From: Diplonema japonicum
Taxonomy: Eukaryota > Protista > Euglenozoa: Diplonemea
DNA length: 64,000 bases
NCBI GenBank assembly: GCA_964019335.1
Contig: OZ025653.1
Coordinates: forward strand, 1-64,000
Reading direction: 5' to 3'
A program made the position numbers and the translations under genes. Numbering within the stretch: position 1 is the first letter of the stretch; every line of letters starts with the position of its first letter. Positions 33,924 to 46,501 of this stretch are shown here, piece after piece. The notes beneath the pieces were generated by a model. That model was not told the DNA's origin. It saw only the letters and a program-made list of their open reading frames with translations, and searched no databases.

Positions 33924-34049
33924 GCTAGTCTGTTTAAAGCTTTCTGCAGAACATTCGAGCCTAAAAAAAGTAACGAATGATACTACACTGCACCCGTAGA
34001 GGCTCAACTACTATGACAGGTGCCGTCGAGATCGGAGTGACTATAATAA

Positions 34050-34942
34050 CTAATAAAGAAAGTCTGGCGGTGCTAGCCATAATTTCAGTCGAAACGCGTC
34101 TGTCCCTTGCTGATAGTACTGTGGTGTGTTGCTTGTGAGACAACTGACATACTCTGTCTAATCGCTTCTCACGTACAAAACCAAGTCCTTCGTACAATGA
34201 CAGCGCACCTGTCCATCGTGAGTCTTAGGTAGCCTTGCATACCGGGATTTGTCATTTCCGTCTCTAGCACTACCTCAGTGCACCCCTTCTTCTTCATCGT
34301 GTCGATGGCAAGCATTACCAACTTCGAACCCAGCCCCTCCTTGCGGTGTGCTTTGTGCACAGCAAGCATAGCCACGTATCCTCGAATATTGCGGGGGTTC
34401 TTCGGCGTCTGAGAGGTGACTAGAGAAAGAAGGAGGAACATACCACTGCAGCCTTGCAGGTGATGGCACCGATCATCTTGCAGAACGACGGGTCTGCCTC
34501 ATCTTTAAGTTTTACCAGCCAACAAAGATCAGGCCAATTGTCGATGAAGTACCGGTAAGTGAAGACTGGGTAAGGCTCGCTAAGGTCCGCCGACATCATA
34601 TCAATGATATCTTGCAGCTCATCCTGTCATGTGTGTGTCACATAAGGAGCATACTATTGAACTATACTGCATGTACTCGACATATTGCGTCTCGTGTCCC
34701 CGCACAGGGTATTTCACGCCTTTCACCTCATCGATCGTGACGAATTCGAACAATTCCTTCGGTGGCTGCAAAATAAATTATAACCCCGTATAGCAGCATA
34801 CCCAGTTGTTATTCTCTTCTTGATACATGAGCTGCTGCAACATCATCTCTTTTGCCACATTCTCAGCCGCTATCTTTTCTTCTTGCTCTTTATTGTTTGC
34901 ACCCCCCTTCTTCTTCCCGCTCTTCTTTTTCTTCCCAGGCAT
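34050..34942 (-). CDS. NAA30: N-alpha-acetyltransferase 30 (NatC catalytic subunit, Mak3)
   Basis: DLSEPYPVFTYRYFIDNWP, RGYVAMLAV, EVVLETEMTN, LYEGLGFVREKRL, assembled across short introns. Confidence 0.88.
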
Positions 34943-35016
34943 TTTCTTCTCCTGATATAAGGTGTTTAAATGTTAATATTATGTCGGTGATCAACAACAT
35001 CACGAAGCTTACTAAA

Positions 35017-35762
35017 CTACTGTAGCCCTCCAGGGTGAGGGGCTGGTCGGGGGTGCGCAGAAGATGTGAAACGTTGAGACGGAGAAGGGCGGTTCCTGTG
35101 TACATGATGGCAATGACAAACCGGTAAGCATACCTATTTGAATAGCCAGTAGAGGGGGGCCTAGAGTTGCGAGCAGCACCTGCAATGCCACTAGGGGTAC
35201 CTGCGACAACAAGGGGGGAGCCACTTATTCCTAAGTCTGCAACCCCACTTTGTTCTGGCTTCCGCTTTGCTACTCCACTATTAATACTGCCCCGAACCCG
35301 CTGAGAAGACCTCGGTGTCTTCGCGGTGGTTGTAGATGTTGAGCCAATGGTCAGGTCTAAATCCCTGGATTCATCTGCTTTTGGCTGGCGTCGCCGAGAG
35401 GAAGCCACACTGCCTGCCATACTTGGCCGACCTGATGCCATGGATGAAATGTCACTGAAGTCCCCAACAGTGCTCGCTATCTCTGACCTTGGCTTCTTCC
35501 AGTTCGGGCAGACATCACTGATATCCATCCCCCTGCCTGCTGACTGCCATGTCGAATGGGGCTGCTGGATGTATGCCATGCATTCCTCCACCGTAGCATC
35601 GTCCCATCGAGACCTCGTTGTGACTCCCGTCACCCCAGTCGACGCAATAGAGGGCGCACCAGGAGAACCTGCCTGTCGCTTACTCTTATCCGCCTTGCTT
35701 ATTATCTTGTTATGTAACTGCAGCAAATCCTTGCTGGGTGGCTGGGGTGCGCATGTGGTCAT
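35017..35762 (-). CDS. Ser/Arg-rich hypothetical protein
   Basis: ATG at 35762 and one GTATG..CAG intron near 35096-35133. Confidence 0.6.
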
Positions 35763-35838
35763 CTTTGTACCTGTTGGATCGCTTCCAGGAGACGAACGAA
35801 TAACGATTGCCGGCTAAATAATATAAATCACAGTCCAG

Positions 35839-38122
35839 CTATCCAACGGTGTGCAGGACAGGGGAGGCAGAGGAGGAGAGGCCCTGCCGAGAGGAAGGTG
35901 AGAAGAGAGAAGCCTTTGGGTGCTTCCTCGCATCAGCGAAGTCGAGGTACTCTTCGTCAGAAGACTCGTTCCTCCATGCGTGGAGTGTCGCAGCCTTCTG
36001 GCGCCGTTCATCAACTTCCTTCTGGTGTACACCTTTTTTTTCCTGCACCTGCCTGTCCCATGTTTCCCTTAGTTGCATCCTTACGGACCTTTTCTCCTCT
36101 TCATCCTTTCTGTCCATCTCCATCGACTTCCTAACAGACTTGTCGAACCTCTTTTTGTCTGTGGTCCTCTTCAAGCTCTGTGTCACCCGCTTGTTGCTCC
36201 TCTTCCTCTCTACGAGCGACTGGTTCTCCCTCTGTACCACCAATGCTGCCTCCCGCCTCGCTTGCCTCTCCTGCTGCTCTTGGCCCATCAACTCTGTTAT
36301 CGAACCACCTGGTAACGTGTATTGTGGAATGCAACACAACATACTTTTAAAGAAGAAGTTCCCGCTAGTATTAAGAGAGAGCTGCTTGCTGCTCGTCACC
36401 TTTTCAGGATCTTGCATTTTGTACTCTCTGTAAGCTTGAAGCATCGCCTGCTGGTCACCACGTCGCTGTTCTTTCTCTTGACGCTCCTCCTCTTCCCAAA
36501 CAGTCTGCTGTTCTTTGAGTCTTTCCAATTCCATCTTGTTTGTCTCACGCTTCTCCCGTACCTTCATCCGCTTCCTCTCATCAAGCACACGGAGTTCTGC
36601 TGAGATGTCGATAGGCTAATGTGTGTTTACTGTGTACTCTAGCATACATACTTTGGCAACCACTTCGTTCCCCCAGTTCATCTCCGAGGGTGGCACTGCC
36701 GCTCTCTTTGCCCTCTGCGACATCTTGCTGAAGTTCGCTACTTGTACCTTCTTCGCAAGCGACCGTCGTTCTTCCATCTCGCGCACTGCAGCCGCATCCT
36801 GGATCATGGTCCGCTGCTTCACAATCTCTAGCCGGTCGCGGTCTTTCTCCCTCTCTTCCTTGACAAACTGCTCCTTTACTCGCTTCTGCTGCTCCCAGGC
36901 ATCCGAATATGCAGCATTTCTCATCCTGCGGAATTTAGCCTTATTCTTCCGCCTACTTATGTAGCTTTGATTGAACACGGAGACTGGCTGGCTGAGAGTG
37001 GGTGACTGATAATCGTCGCGGGATGCCTCAGGGTTCTCCGTCTGTGGTGCGTGTGCTTCATTGGCGCACGACATACCTGACGACCGAACTGAATGGCGTC
37101 GTGCAGCTGTGAACGAACTGATGATACGTTCCTTTCGTCTTGTGTTGGGGCCTTTGTCTCTTCTGCCACCCTTGGCGCTGCAACAGCTTCTGACGAGATG
37201 CTAAGTGCGCGTACCGGCTGTGCTGTCTGCGGTCTGCCCATACTCCCTAACTGCCGCATATCAACGTCACCAGGTGAGAGCGTGTCCGAGTGAAAGTACT
37301 TCTGCGAGCCGGACATAGAGCTTCCAGGCTGTGATGAAATCGTAGAGACGCCTCAGAGCATACCCTGCGATGCAGTACCCTTCTATTCATGGAGTTACAC
37401 CGTCCTTCAAGCTGCTTCATGAAGGAGGAATTCCAGTGAGCCTCACACCTGAGAATAGTGAGAAAATAGATGTCTTTGAAGGGAAAATAAAACAACAGAG
37501 AATACCTACGCCCCTGAAAGACTAGCCTCGACACACCAAAGTCGACATTGAACGATACGCCCTTCGAGGCCAGCTCACCAAACTTTCTCCAGATGTCCTT
37601 AATGGCACTGGCACAAATGTCCTTTGAGACTCCTGCCTTCATACTAACAGCAAACACATTGAGGTGGGCGGCAGGCACAGCCCCTGCAAAGGACTTATGG
37701 TTTTTCACATGTATACCTAAGTTCTGGGATTTTACTGATTCCACAGAGTGCACACCAAATCCCTGGCAGAACGCAGGAAGAAGAGAAAATGTAGGTATGA
37801 AGTCGACCTTGTCACCCCAGTTGCCCCTGTTGGCCTGTATCTTTCTCATAGAAAACGCTGCAAAACCGGGGATTGTTACCCCCGTATTCTTGGCGAGCGC
37901 TTCACAAATGACACTGCAGACAGCCATCCAAATCCTCTTTAACACTAAGAAGTCCCCACCGGACGAGCCTGTAGCTGTAATGAGAGACACCGGCATACCT
38001 GGGTACTTAGATATATGTTGTAAAACACCATCAATGGTAACGGGCTGGCTGGTTGGGATGTTACTCAATTTGCTCACTCTCGCAGCAGCCACAGCACGGT
38101 CGCTCGGTGTTTGAGGTCGCAT
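35839..38122 (-). CDS. CCDC81-like protein (HU-like N-terminal domains plus coiled coil)
   Basis: KRIWMAVCSVICEALAKNTGVTIPGFAAFS and VSFNVDFGVSRL resemble the CCDC81 HU domains. Downstream coiled-coil ORFs are joined by short introns. Confidence 0.65.
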
Positions 38123-38180
38123 GACTCCCCCGGACCCCTGGAGGTGATAACTAATGAAAATGTAAAATACAGAAAACAGT

Positions 38181-39201
38181 CTACAACTCATCTAGCGCCC
38201 TGGTTACTGTGCTAATGCCATACAGCAAAGAGGCGGATTGCATAAGGTCCTGCGGTTGCTATGTAAAATGTAGCACACACACCTTGTCCTTGTTGCTGTA
38301 GGCGTCTTGTCCCACTTCCCATAGCATCACGCCACCAAGACCTTCCTCTTGCGTTCGGCGTGTCTTGTACTTGATTGTGTCCAGCCCATTGAAATAGTCG
38401 TTGCCCACCTGGTCCACGTCCGCGTCCAAAGGGCCATGCTTCTTCACCAGATCCTCATATGTCTTCCAGTGCCCGGTGCGTATATCTCTGCTGTAAAACG
38501 GCAGGCCCACTGCTAATTTCGAAGCTGGCAAACTCTTCAAGCCAAGTGCAATGGACCTCTCGGCAAACTGCCTTGTAGAGTGCTTCTGGTGTTGATCGTA
38601 GCTCATCATGAGGAGGTAGTCCAGGCTTTTATCTATCTCCAACTGTGCAATAATACTTTCTTGAGTACCATCGGGATAGTATGCCATCGTAATAATACAA
38701 TCAGGAAGTGCCTCACGTGTTTCCGCAACAAGCTTAGACAACCCCACCCAATCAGCATGGGTGGCGGGGTACTCCCAGTTGTAATCGACCCCGTGCAGAC
38801 CCTGTACGCGGTATGACTCCTGAGGTGCATACCTTACTGCGAATCAACATTGATAAGTTGTTTATAAAGTTCTTCCGACTCTGCTTCTCGGAAACCATCT
38901 GGGGGAAGCCGTTCGTCCTACTGTTCCCACCAAAGCAAATCAGTAGCGACATCCCATTCTTCGAAGCCTCATGGGCGTACCTCAAGGTGCTGTCCTGCGG
39001 AAACCTATCCATAGCAGCAAGACTGCCGTCAGCTGCTACCTCGATTGAGAAGATTATAAGATGGCTCAGGTGCCGCGACAGTGCCTGCCATCTGTACTGT
39101 TGCTCCTCCTGCGTCCACTGCAAGTACCGCCATTCGGGAAGGTAGCCGATGACACTGAACTCAGCTAACGCGACAGAGACGGTGAGCACCAATCCTAACA
39201 T
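38181..39201 (-). CDS. GH18 chitinase-like glycoside hydrolase with signal peptide and C-terminal LDEL
   Basis: VIGYLPEW, ICFGG. A 31-nt intron at 38802-38832 restores LHGVDYNWEYP. Also MSYD, KLAVGLPFY, GLGGVMLWEVGQD. Confidence 0.9.
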
Positions 39202-39215
39202 ATCTACCTGGATGC

Positions 39216-40493
39216 TTAGGCATACAAGTTGAGCTGGGTAGCTGAAAGCACGAGAAGTCCGCTCCTACTCCACGCAATGGCCGAAACAGGCTGCTTCTTC
39301 CTATCGATGCACGCCACGCTATTTGAGTCATGTGTAGTGCCAGTGAATAAATCACTCCCGTCGTACATTGCCCATTGTGTCCCATCACCCAACTCACGCA
39401 ATGCTATCTTACCTTTCCTTTGGCTCAACCCTGGCAAGGCCTCCTTCTCACGCGTTGTCGGGATTGTCCCTGTAAGCTGCGAACAGCGAATTGATAGGCT
39501 ATACAAGCAGTACTGGTCAACTGGTCCGCATTGCACTCTGCAAGCAACGCTACAACCGCCGAAAGCCGATACTGACCCCCCCGCGACGAGCTCCACGTAC
39601 TCTCCTTGCCGTAACACACCACAACGGTCGCCTATTCCACACAGGACACCTCCAAAGCTAGCAGGGGACAAGTAACGTACAGAGTCCCGAATAGAATGGT
39701 GGGAGAAAAGTGCCTGCTCTGCGTGACGCGTGTCATAAACACTTATGACACCGTTGTCGGTGCCACTCACTACGTTACACCCATCCCATGTCACGGAGGT
39801 GATGTCTGCACGCTTTCCGAGAGGCAATCGCGTGTCTGGTGTGCGCTCATCTATCAGCTGCACCTGACCGTCTGCAGCTACTACAATCCTCTCCTCGCCT
39901 ACTGCAGCATGTGTCACGGGGGTTGGACACGTCCACTCCTGTGTGAGGGTGTCGGTGCTGAACACCTGCAGAACGTCTCCAAAGACGACCATTCTGCCTG
40001 CACCCACAGCGAGACCCACTGCAGACTCTGCGACACGGGTACCATTCTTCTTAATGAACCGCGCCTCGTAGTCCGTATCTAAGTTATACTCCTTGAAAAA
40101 GGGCTGCTTAATATTCTTCTCGATGAAACTCAACTGTACAGATTCATGTTTCAAGGACTCTGGTGTGATCAGAGGTTTTGCTGCTGGTGCATCTCTGAGA
40201 ATCTGCGACATCTCTTCTGTTTTCTTGATCCTGTTGGCCACTCGAATCTGTCTCTGCGATGGCAGCATAGCCTCCACAGCCTCGTCTTCCATGTACACAG
40301 TACGCACAGACCCCCTATCGTAGATGTTGAAGCACGAGTGACAACTCTTTCTCTTCCCGTCAGAAAAATATGCCTCTGCACAAGACCTGCCATAGTAATG
40401 TCCGCATGGCAAGATGCTTATGCTGTGCTCATCGCCGTTCATCTCTAGCCCGCAGACAACACACACCAGGCGCTTGGCTTCATCCTCCCTCAT
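39216..40493 (-). CDS. RING plus WD40 E3 ligase, RFWD3-like
   Basis: CVVC..ILPCGHYYGRSC..CHSC RING, followed by WD-like blades (ISVYDTR). Confidence 0.7.
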   Translation of the reverse strand: MREDEAKRLVCVVCGLEMNGDEHSISILPCGHYYGRSCAEAYFSDGKRKSCHSCFNIYDRGSVRTVYMEDEAVEAMLPSQRQIRVANRIKKTEEMSQILRDAPAAKPLITPESLKHESVQLSFIEKNIKQPFFKEYNLDTDYEARFIKKNGTRVAESAVGLAVGAGRMVVFGDVLQVFSTDTLTQEWTCPTPVTHAAVGEERIVVAADGQVQLIDERTPDTRLPLGKRADITSVTWDGCNVVSGTDNGVISVYDTRHAEQALFSHHSIRDSVRYLSPASFGGVLCGIGDRCGVLRQGEYVELVAGGSVSAFGGCSVACRVQCGPVDQYCLYSLSIRCSQLTGTIPTTREKEALPGLSQRKGKIALRELGDGTQWAMYDGSDLFTGTTHDSNSVACIDRKKQPVSAIAWSRSGLLVLSATQLNLYA

Positions 40494-40577
40494 CTAGTGA
40501 AGAAGTGCTTACATTCAATAAGAAAAGGAAAAACCAAAACTCTACTCATTCTTAACTCGCTCAAAATGTTAAAAATC

Positions 40578-43500
40578 TCAAAAGTACCTCCCTCCTCTGC
40601 TGCCACTCGCTGCTGTCCCGAAACCCGAATCCTCATAAAGCTGTTGTGTGGTGTGAGGTGGTGAACGGTATACCTCATCATCTGTCTCCCACTCCTCGGA
40701 ATCCTCGTTCAGCACCGGTGCAGCGCCGTGCATAGGGAGGATGCTGTCTGTAGACCTCTTCATGTACAACATGGAGAAGCCGATGATGAAGAATGGGATT
40801 AGCACTACCCACTTTATGGAGTTAAAGAAATACATGTTAAAAGACAGAGAGTAGGAGTCCACGTACTCCCTGGCACTCTCCGTCTTCATACGAAGGTACA
40901 CCGTTGCGTACATTCGGGTCGTCGGGCATTTCACGATTTCAGTGTATACCTGAAAGAAATCAAACCTAAATACAACATGCATACTCCCGGCTTGTAAAAG
41001 TGCCTGTTCAGCACCAGCATTCCCTTCCCGACAAAGGCACCGACATGGTAACGTCTGTCCGGAGCCTTGCCGGAGTGCCCCAATCTCTTATTGCTGTGCG
41101 GTGTTCCTCACGAAATACAGACATACTTCGAATGCCCTCTGTGGTCCACTATCTCAAACATGATTTTGAAGTGGTTGCCAACAACATCACGGTGCTGACG
41201 GCTTGCCTCCAGCACGTAAATACCTACGTTGCCCTCTCTGGCGGTCATTCCATTAAGTCCCTGTATAATTATTTACTGCCAGCTGACATGATGACACACC
41301 TGGACCTGGCTTGTCCATGATTTAAGTGGGTGGAAGGGGGTTCCCGTCTGGAAAGCGTACAAGTTCCCGTTCATTGTCCCCACCAGCAAGTCTAGCTTCC
41401 CGTTGCCATCTAGGTCGTCAGCAAGCACCTGCAATGTGTTCACAGCAATCTGCAGCATACCTGTGCGTAGACATGCTCGCCGATGTCGATCTTCTCAATA
41501 CACAAGGACTTCCCATCAATGATGTACACGTGTCCATCATTCGAAGGTATCACAATGTGCAGCCCAGCACTATTGGCAACAACGCTAGTATCAGAGACAG
41601 GCATGCCCATCATGTGCTCAGCTTCTTCGGTCTTATTGAGGTTCACCAGCAGCGCGGGAGCGAATATGCTCCCGTTAGTTTTGACGGGAAAGTGCTCGAG
41701 CGGCTCGCCAGTCAGGCCATTTAGTGCCCACACGTGCCCCGTCGATGTACCGACGACGACGTCCAGCTGCCCGTCACCGTTCACGTCCCCGATGCGGGGA
41801 GCCTGTGCACTGTACCCCGAAATGCGCGATTCCCAGAAGCTCTGCCCGTGTCTAGAGTGGGTATTCCATACAGCGTTTCATGCATACCTATCAAAGCAGG
41901 CCAGGTTGCTCTTCATGTCAACCGCACAGATCTCAAGAATGCCATCGTTGTTTAAGTCTTCTGCGACAGCCTGTCCTTGAATCTCCCCCATCATGACGGG
42001 GAATCCCGTGCGCAGCTTACCATCGCTCTCGAACACGTAAATGAATCCCTGTAAGAAGAATGAAGAAACTGACATCAAACGCTACCTGTGCAGTGGTGAC
42101 AATGACCTCTAGGCTCCCTTCCGAACCGTCCAGATCCACCACAGTGGGTGCAGAGTAGATGAAGGCGCGATGTTGCACCTGCGAAGAAAGATAACAAATC
42201 TAAGTAGTAATATACCTCGTTTGTTGTTCTGTCAAGCTCCTTCGACCACAGCACCTTATTGTCGTTCAGCGAGACGACATAGATGCCACCCGAGATGTAC
42301 ATCTCAGGCTTGATGTTCTCAGGCAGAGGTGTAGCGTCAGGTCTTTTGTAGTTATCCTTGTCGAAATAATACGAGACAGCAACAACGATCTCACTATGTC
42401 CATCAAGGTCCAGGTCGCACACCTGTGAACTAACAAGTGCTGAAGCGCATACCACAGGTGTCTCAAGGATGTGTGCATCGACGAACACATGTGCATCGGT
42501 GTGCTGGTACTTTGAAGGGTCAAAGCTGCTGGGCTTCATAGGGTCGCTTTCAAGCAGCTGTCACAACGTTGACAAAAAAAGTACGAAAAACATGTACCTG
42601 TCTAGTCCTCTGATTGATGGGGTGGTAAACAAGGTCCATTGCAGCAACAGCTTCGTCACTGAGCCAACCATTTGTTTGCATGCTTGTCCTGAAACCCGAG
42701 TCGTAGTCTGTGCGTGTGGGAACATTCGACAGACATACCGTTACCGTAGTCACCCTCATGATAGTAGTCTTCTTCTGAGAGCAGCCTACGGCTGTTTTGT
42801 GTCCCAGCAGGTCGACCCTGGTTCTGCTGGTACTGACCTTGACCCTGGCCCTGATTCTGTTGATAGCCTTGCTGCTGCTGGCCTTGGTAGCCTTGCTGCT
42901 GCTGGCCCTGCTGGTACTGACCTTGACCCTGGCCCTGATTCTGTTGATAGCCTTGCTGCTGCTGGCCTTGGTAGCCTTGCTGCTGCTGGCCTTGCTGGTA
43001 CTGGCCCCCCTGTTGACCTTGTTGGTATTGGCCTTGCTGGCCCTGCTGGTACTGGCCCCCCTGCTGACCTTGTTGGTACTGGCCTTGCTGACCCTGCTGG
43101 TACTGGCCTTGCTGGTAACCTTGACCCTGCTGGTACTGTCCCTGATTACCCTGGTACCCTTGGCCTTGATAGTTCTGTTGGTAGCCCTGATTGTTCTGAT
43201 AACCCTGCCCCTGTTGGTAATTCTGGTTTCCTTGTTGGTAATTCTGCTGGTTGTTCAGCTGTTGGGCCTGTTGTTGCTGTTGCTGTTGTTGTTGTTGTTG
43301 TTGTTGTTGCTGCTGCTGCTGCTGTGGCTGCTGTTGTTGCTGTGTAGGCAGCGGCTGCGGTGACGGCAACGGCTCGCCAATCTTTTTCGGTTCGGGCTGG
43401 GCATCCCTTCCGCGGAGGGGTTTGGGGTCTGGCTTTGCCGCTTTCTTTGCAGCTTCCTCCGCCTCTTTCTGTTCGCTGAGCTTGTCTTGCTTCATTTGAC

Positions 43501-44257
43501 TTGAAACATTTGCTAGCCTTGCCGGGTCATGTCGTGCCTGAGCACCAGCATGCACATTATCAAGATTCTTTGCCCACTTACCCTCCGCATCTCTATCGAT
43601 CTGATCATAGCCGTACAAATGGTGGTTCTTCCGCAGCTGCTCGTGTCTCGCGTGCTCTGCGGTTTTGTAGCTGTCGTCTTGGAGCTGATCATTCTTTGCA
43701 GCACCGCCGCCGACCTTGAACCAATCCTTTGGTACCTTCAAGGGTGGGATCTTTACTGTTCTATTGTTCATGGGGGTACCCTCCTCAGTGAAGAACATGA
43801 TCTCGCCAGTCGCTGACGTGATCATGATCTCGTTGTTGCCGTCTCTGTTCATGTCGACGAGGACAGGGCTTGAGTGAGAAGTTAAGTCCTGGTGAGTGAA
43901 TGGCCAACCTTGGAGACTGTCGCCTGTCAAACCGTCTAGCACCTCAACGTACTGCACGAAGGTTGGCGCAATGATATCTTTCTTTCCGTCGCTGTAGAGA
44001 TCTGTGATGACAGGGGTTTGGTAGATGCTCGACCCCAACTCTGATACCCACATGATATCCCGTACGTGTGTATCGCACTCTTTCGTTGTGCGGAACTTTG
44101 ATGCGTCCTTCCCAAACACTATCTCATCTGCCTCCCGTACAGACCGGATACTGAACTTGTTCTTCCGTTGGTGCCTCTCGCTCGCCACAGCATGGATTGG
44201 CTTCTGATCGTGTCCAGCCAAGTACCCCAGCACCAACACAGGAATTATCGCCAGCAT
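40578..44257 (-). CDS. DEX1-like FG-GAP repeat membrane protein with a Q/G/Y-rich insert
   Basis: Signal peptide. SSIYQTPVITDLYSDGKKDII, GWPF..HSSP, VFVDAHIL, DDLDGNGKLDLLVGTMNGN, C-terminal TM. Multiple short introns (e.g. 41429-41460). Confidence 0.85.
42815..43345. repeat. Coding poly-Q and QGY-rich repeat including an 84-bp duplication
   Basis: CAG/CAA run at about 43260-43340; duplicated unit at 42841 and 42925. Confidence 0.9.
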
Positions 44258-44435
44258 CACCCCACCGTCCTGTTGAATAGGTCACTGCTGCAAAAAACAA
44301 CAAATACTGATGAAGAAGACACTGGTATGATCAAAACATCAGAAGAGAAAAACAAAAAGAGAACAAAAAAGAATGAAAAGAAAAAAACACAAAAAGAAAA
44401 AAGCGGAGCATCAACTCCAGGAGATCAACCGATGA

Positions 44436-46385
44436 CTATGCGCCGAATTTTGTCTTCTTGCCCTTGCCCCTTCTCCTGCTCTCGACCTCCTCGTATTCCT
44501 CGATAGCCTCCTTCAGGATCTCCTCCCTATGATGAGCTGTTGACTCTTCTATGGCATACCTTTTGCTTAGCTCGTCAGCGGTGAGGTCCTCGCACATCAC
44601 AACTGTTGAAGAGTGTCCGCAAATGACGTCGACGACCTTCTTGTCAGCAAAGAACTTCGGGTGCTGAACGTTTACAGCAATGGTGCTCAGACGGGTGGGC
44701 CTCCATGAGCCGAGGTAGCGTGAAAGAACACTCATGGCAGATGCATCAGGGTCACGAGGACGGGTGTCAGCAAGCGTCTGACCGTGAAGGTTGGCTCCGG
44801 TCGTGTACAGCACCCCGTCGGTAGTGATAAAGGCACGGTGGTCCACCAATGGGCCGGTACCGCAAGCAATCTTCTTCACCTGTTTAAGATAGTAGGTGTA
44901 ACAGTAGATACCTTCTGCTTCGAACGCTGACCGAAGTCAGTGAAGGCCTGCGGCCCCCTCGCCTCCTGACTGCCCCAGTAGTAGGGAACACCAGCCCTGT
45001 TCACAGCAAGAGCAGAGTGACTACCGAACGAGAGGTTGGTTATGTTAGACAGCTGATCGACGTGGCGAGGGGTGCTCACGGCCTCGAACCGTGCGGTACG
45101 CAGACCCTGCTCCTCCATCCCGAACCCTGCAGTGATGTGACAAGAGGCGTCCTGTGCATACCAAGCTGGCGGGTATAGTCGCTACCACAGATGTAGACAG
45201 TGCCCTCAGTTGTCACAAATCCGGACACGCTCTCACATGCTTGAACATCACCAAATGCAATACGAGGCTGTGGGGAAAATTTGAAATAACAGTAGTAATA
45301 CACACCAGTCCAGTCTTTTCATCCAAGAAGGACACAACAGGTGTAGGCTTGTTCCTGTCCTCATTGTCATCTTGCCCAAGCCTGCCCCACTCACCGTAGC
45401 CCCATGTCCAAGCCCTGCCCAAAGAGTCCAGGACAATCGTATGCAGCGCACCGCAAGAGACCTTCATGGCCTTTGCGTTCAGTCGCTTCCCTTCACCAAA
45501 CTGGTTATCCTGCGACTCAACCTCCATGCCGTTCTGTATGCGTGATTAACTCACAGAAGAGCTCATACCTCAGGACCAAACTCAGCGAGGGGTATCGCAA
45601 ACGAGTTGAACTTGTGGAACATTCCCTGCTTCGCAGGGTGGCCCAGAAGATGCCCCGACTTCAGGAATCTTCCCCTCCTGCCCCCGTACCCCCATGTGTA
45701 CACTCGCCCTTCAGCATCCACGGCAGCACTGTGATATTTCCCTGCGGATACGTCAACAATGTTCTGCAGCGGCTCGCCTGTGGAGGATTCGGTGCGAAAC
45801 ACGTGCAAGCATACCATCTTCAGTTCGGACCAGCACAGGAGCGTGTCTGTCCTTCGGGTACGAACTCTCATCGCCACAGCCGAGCTGGTTGTTTTTGTAA
45901 TGGGGTCATACTACTGGCGACATACCTGGCCATAGTTATTGCTTCCCCAAGCGAACACTCTGCCATCCTCAGTCAATGTCAAGTAGTGCTTGTAGTACCC
46001 AGACACCTTTTTCACCGCAAACTGAAAAAAGATAAGTGGTGCTGTGTGCAAGATATCCACATACGTTATCGAAGAACTCCATCTTTTGTGGCTTCTGCGC
46101 AGTAAAGGGGGAAAGCAGGTCCATCGTGCCGACATTAGTACCAGTCCTTCCGTTCAAGATGCACCCGAACGTGTACATCGAACGCGGTCTGGCTTCCTCC
46201 TCCTCGGACTGCATCTCCATCTCAGGAGCCTTCTCCTGTTCCGTCTCGTTCGCTTGTGCTTCTTTAACTTCCTCGTCGAAATCAAGATCGAGCTCATCCA
46301 CCTTTGATGAGGCCCATCTCATGTTTCGCGCAGCGCACAGCTGGCTCTGAGCCAGTCTCTGCCATACGTGCCTTATGTTCGACAT
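44436..46385 (-). CDS. RCC1-repeat protein, probably mitochondrial
   Basis: GRVFAWGSNNYGQ, VSAGKYHSAAVD..VYTWGYG, VSCGALHT..AWTWGYGEWGRLG. Arg-rich presequence-like start and many short introns. Confidence 0.85.
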
Positions 46386-46501
46386 GATGACTGCTGTGGT
46401 GAAGTTGCTGTACAACGTAACTGCCGCACTGCGAGCAAACTAAACGAATGAAAAGCTGAGAGTATTCTCTACATGGTAATGTCGGTGGGCGTTAATGTAA
46501 A

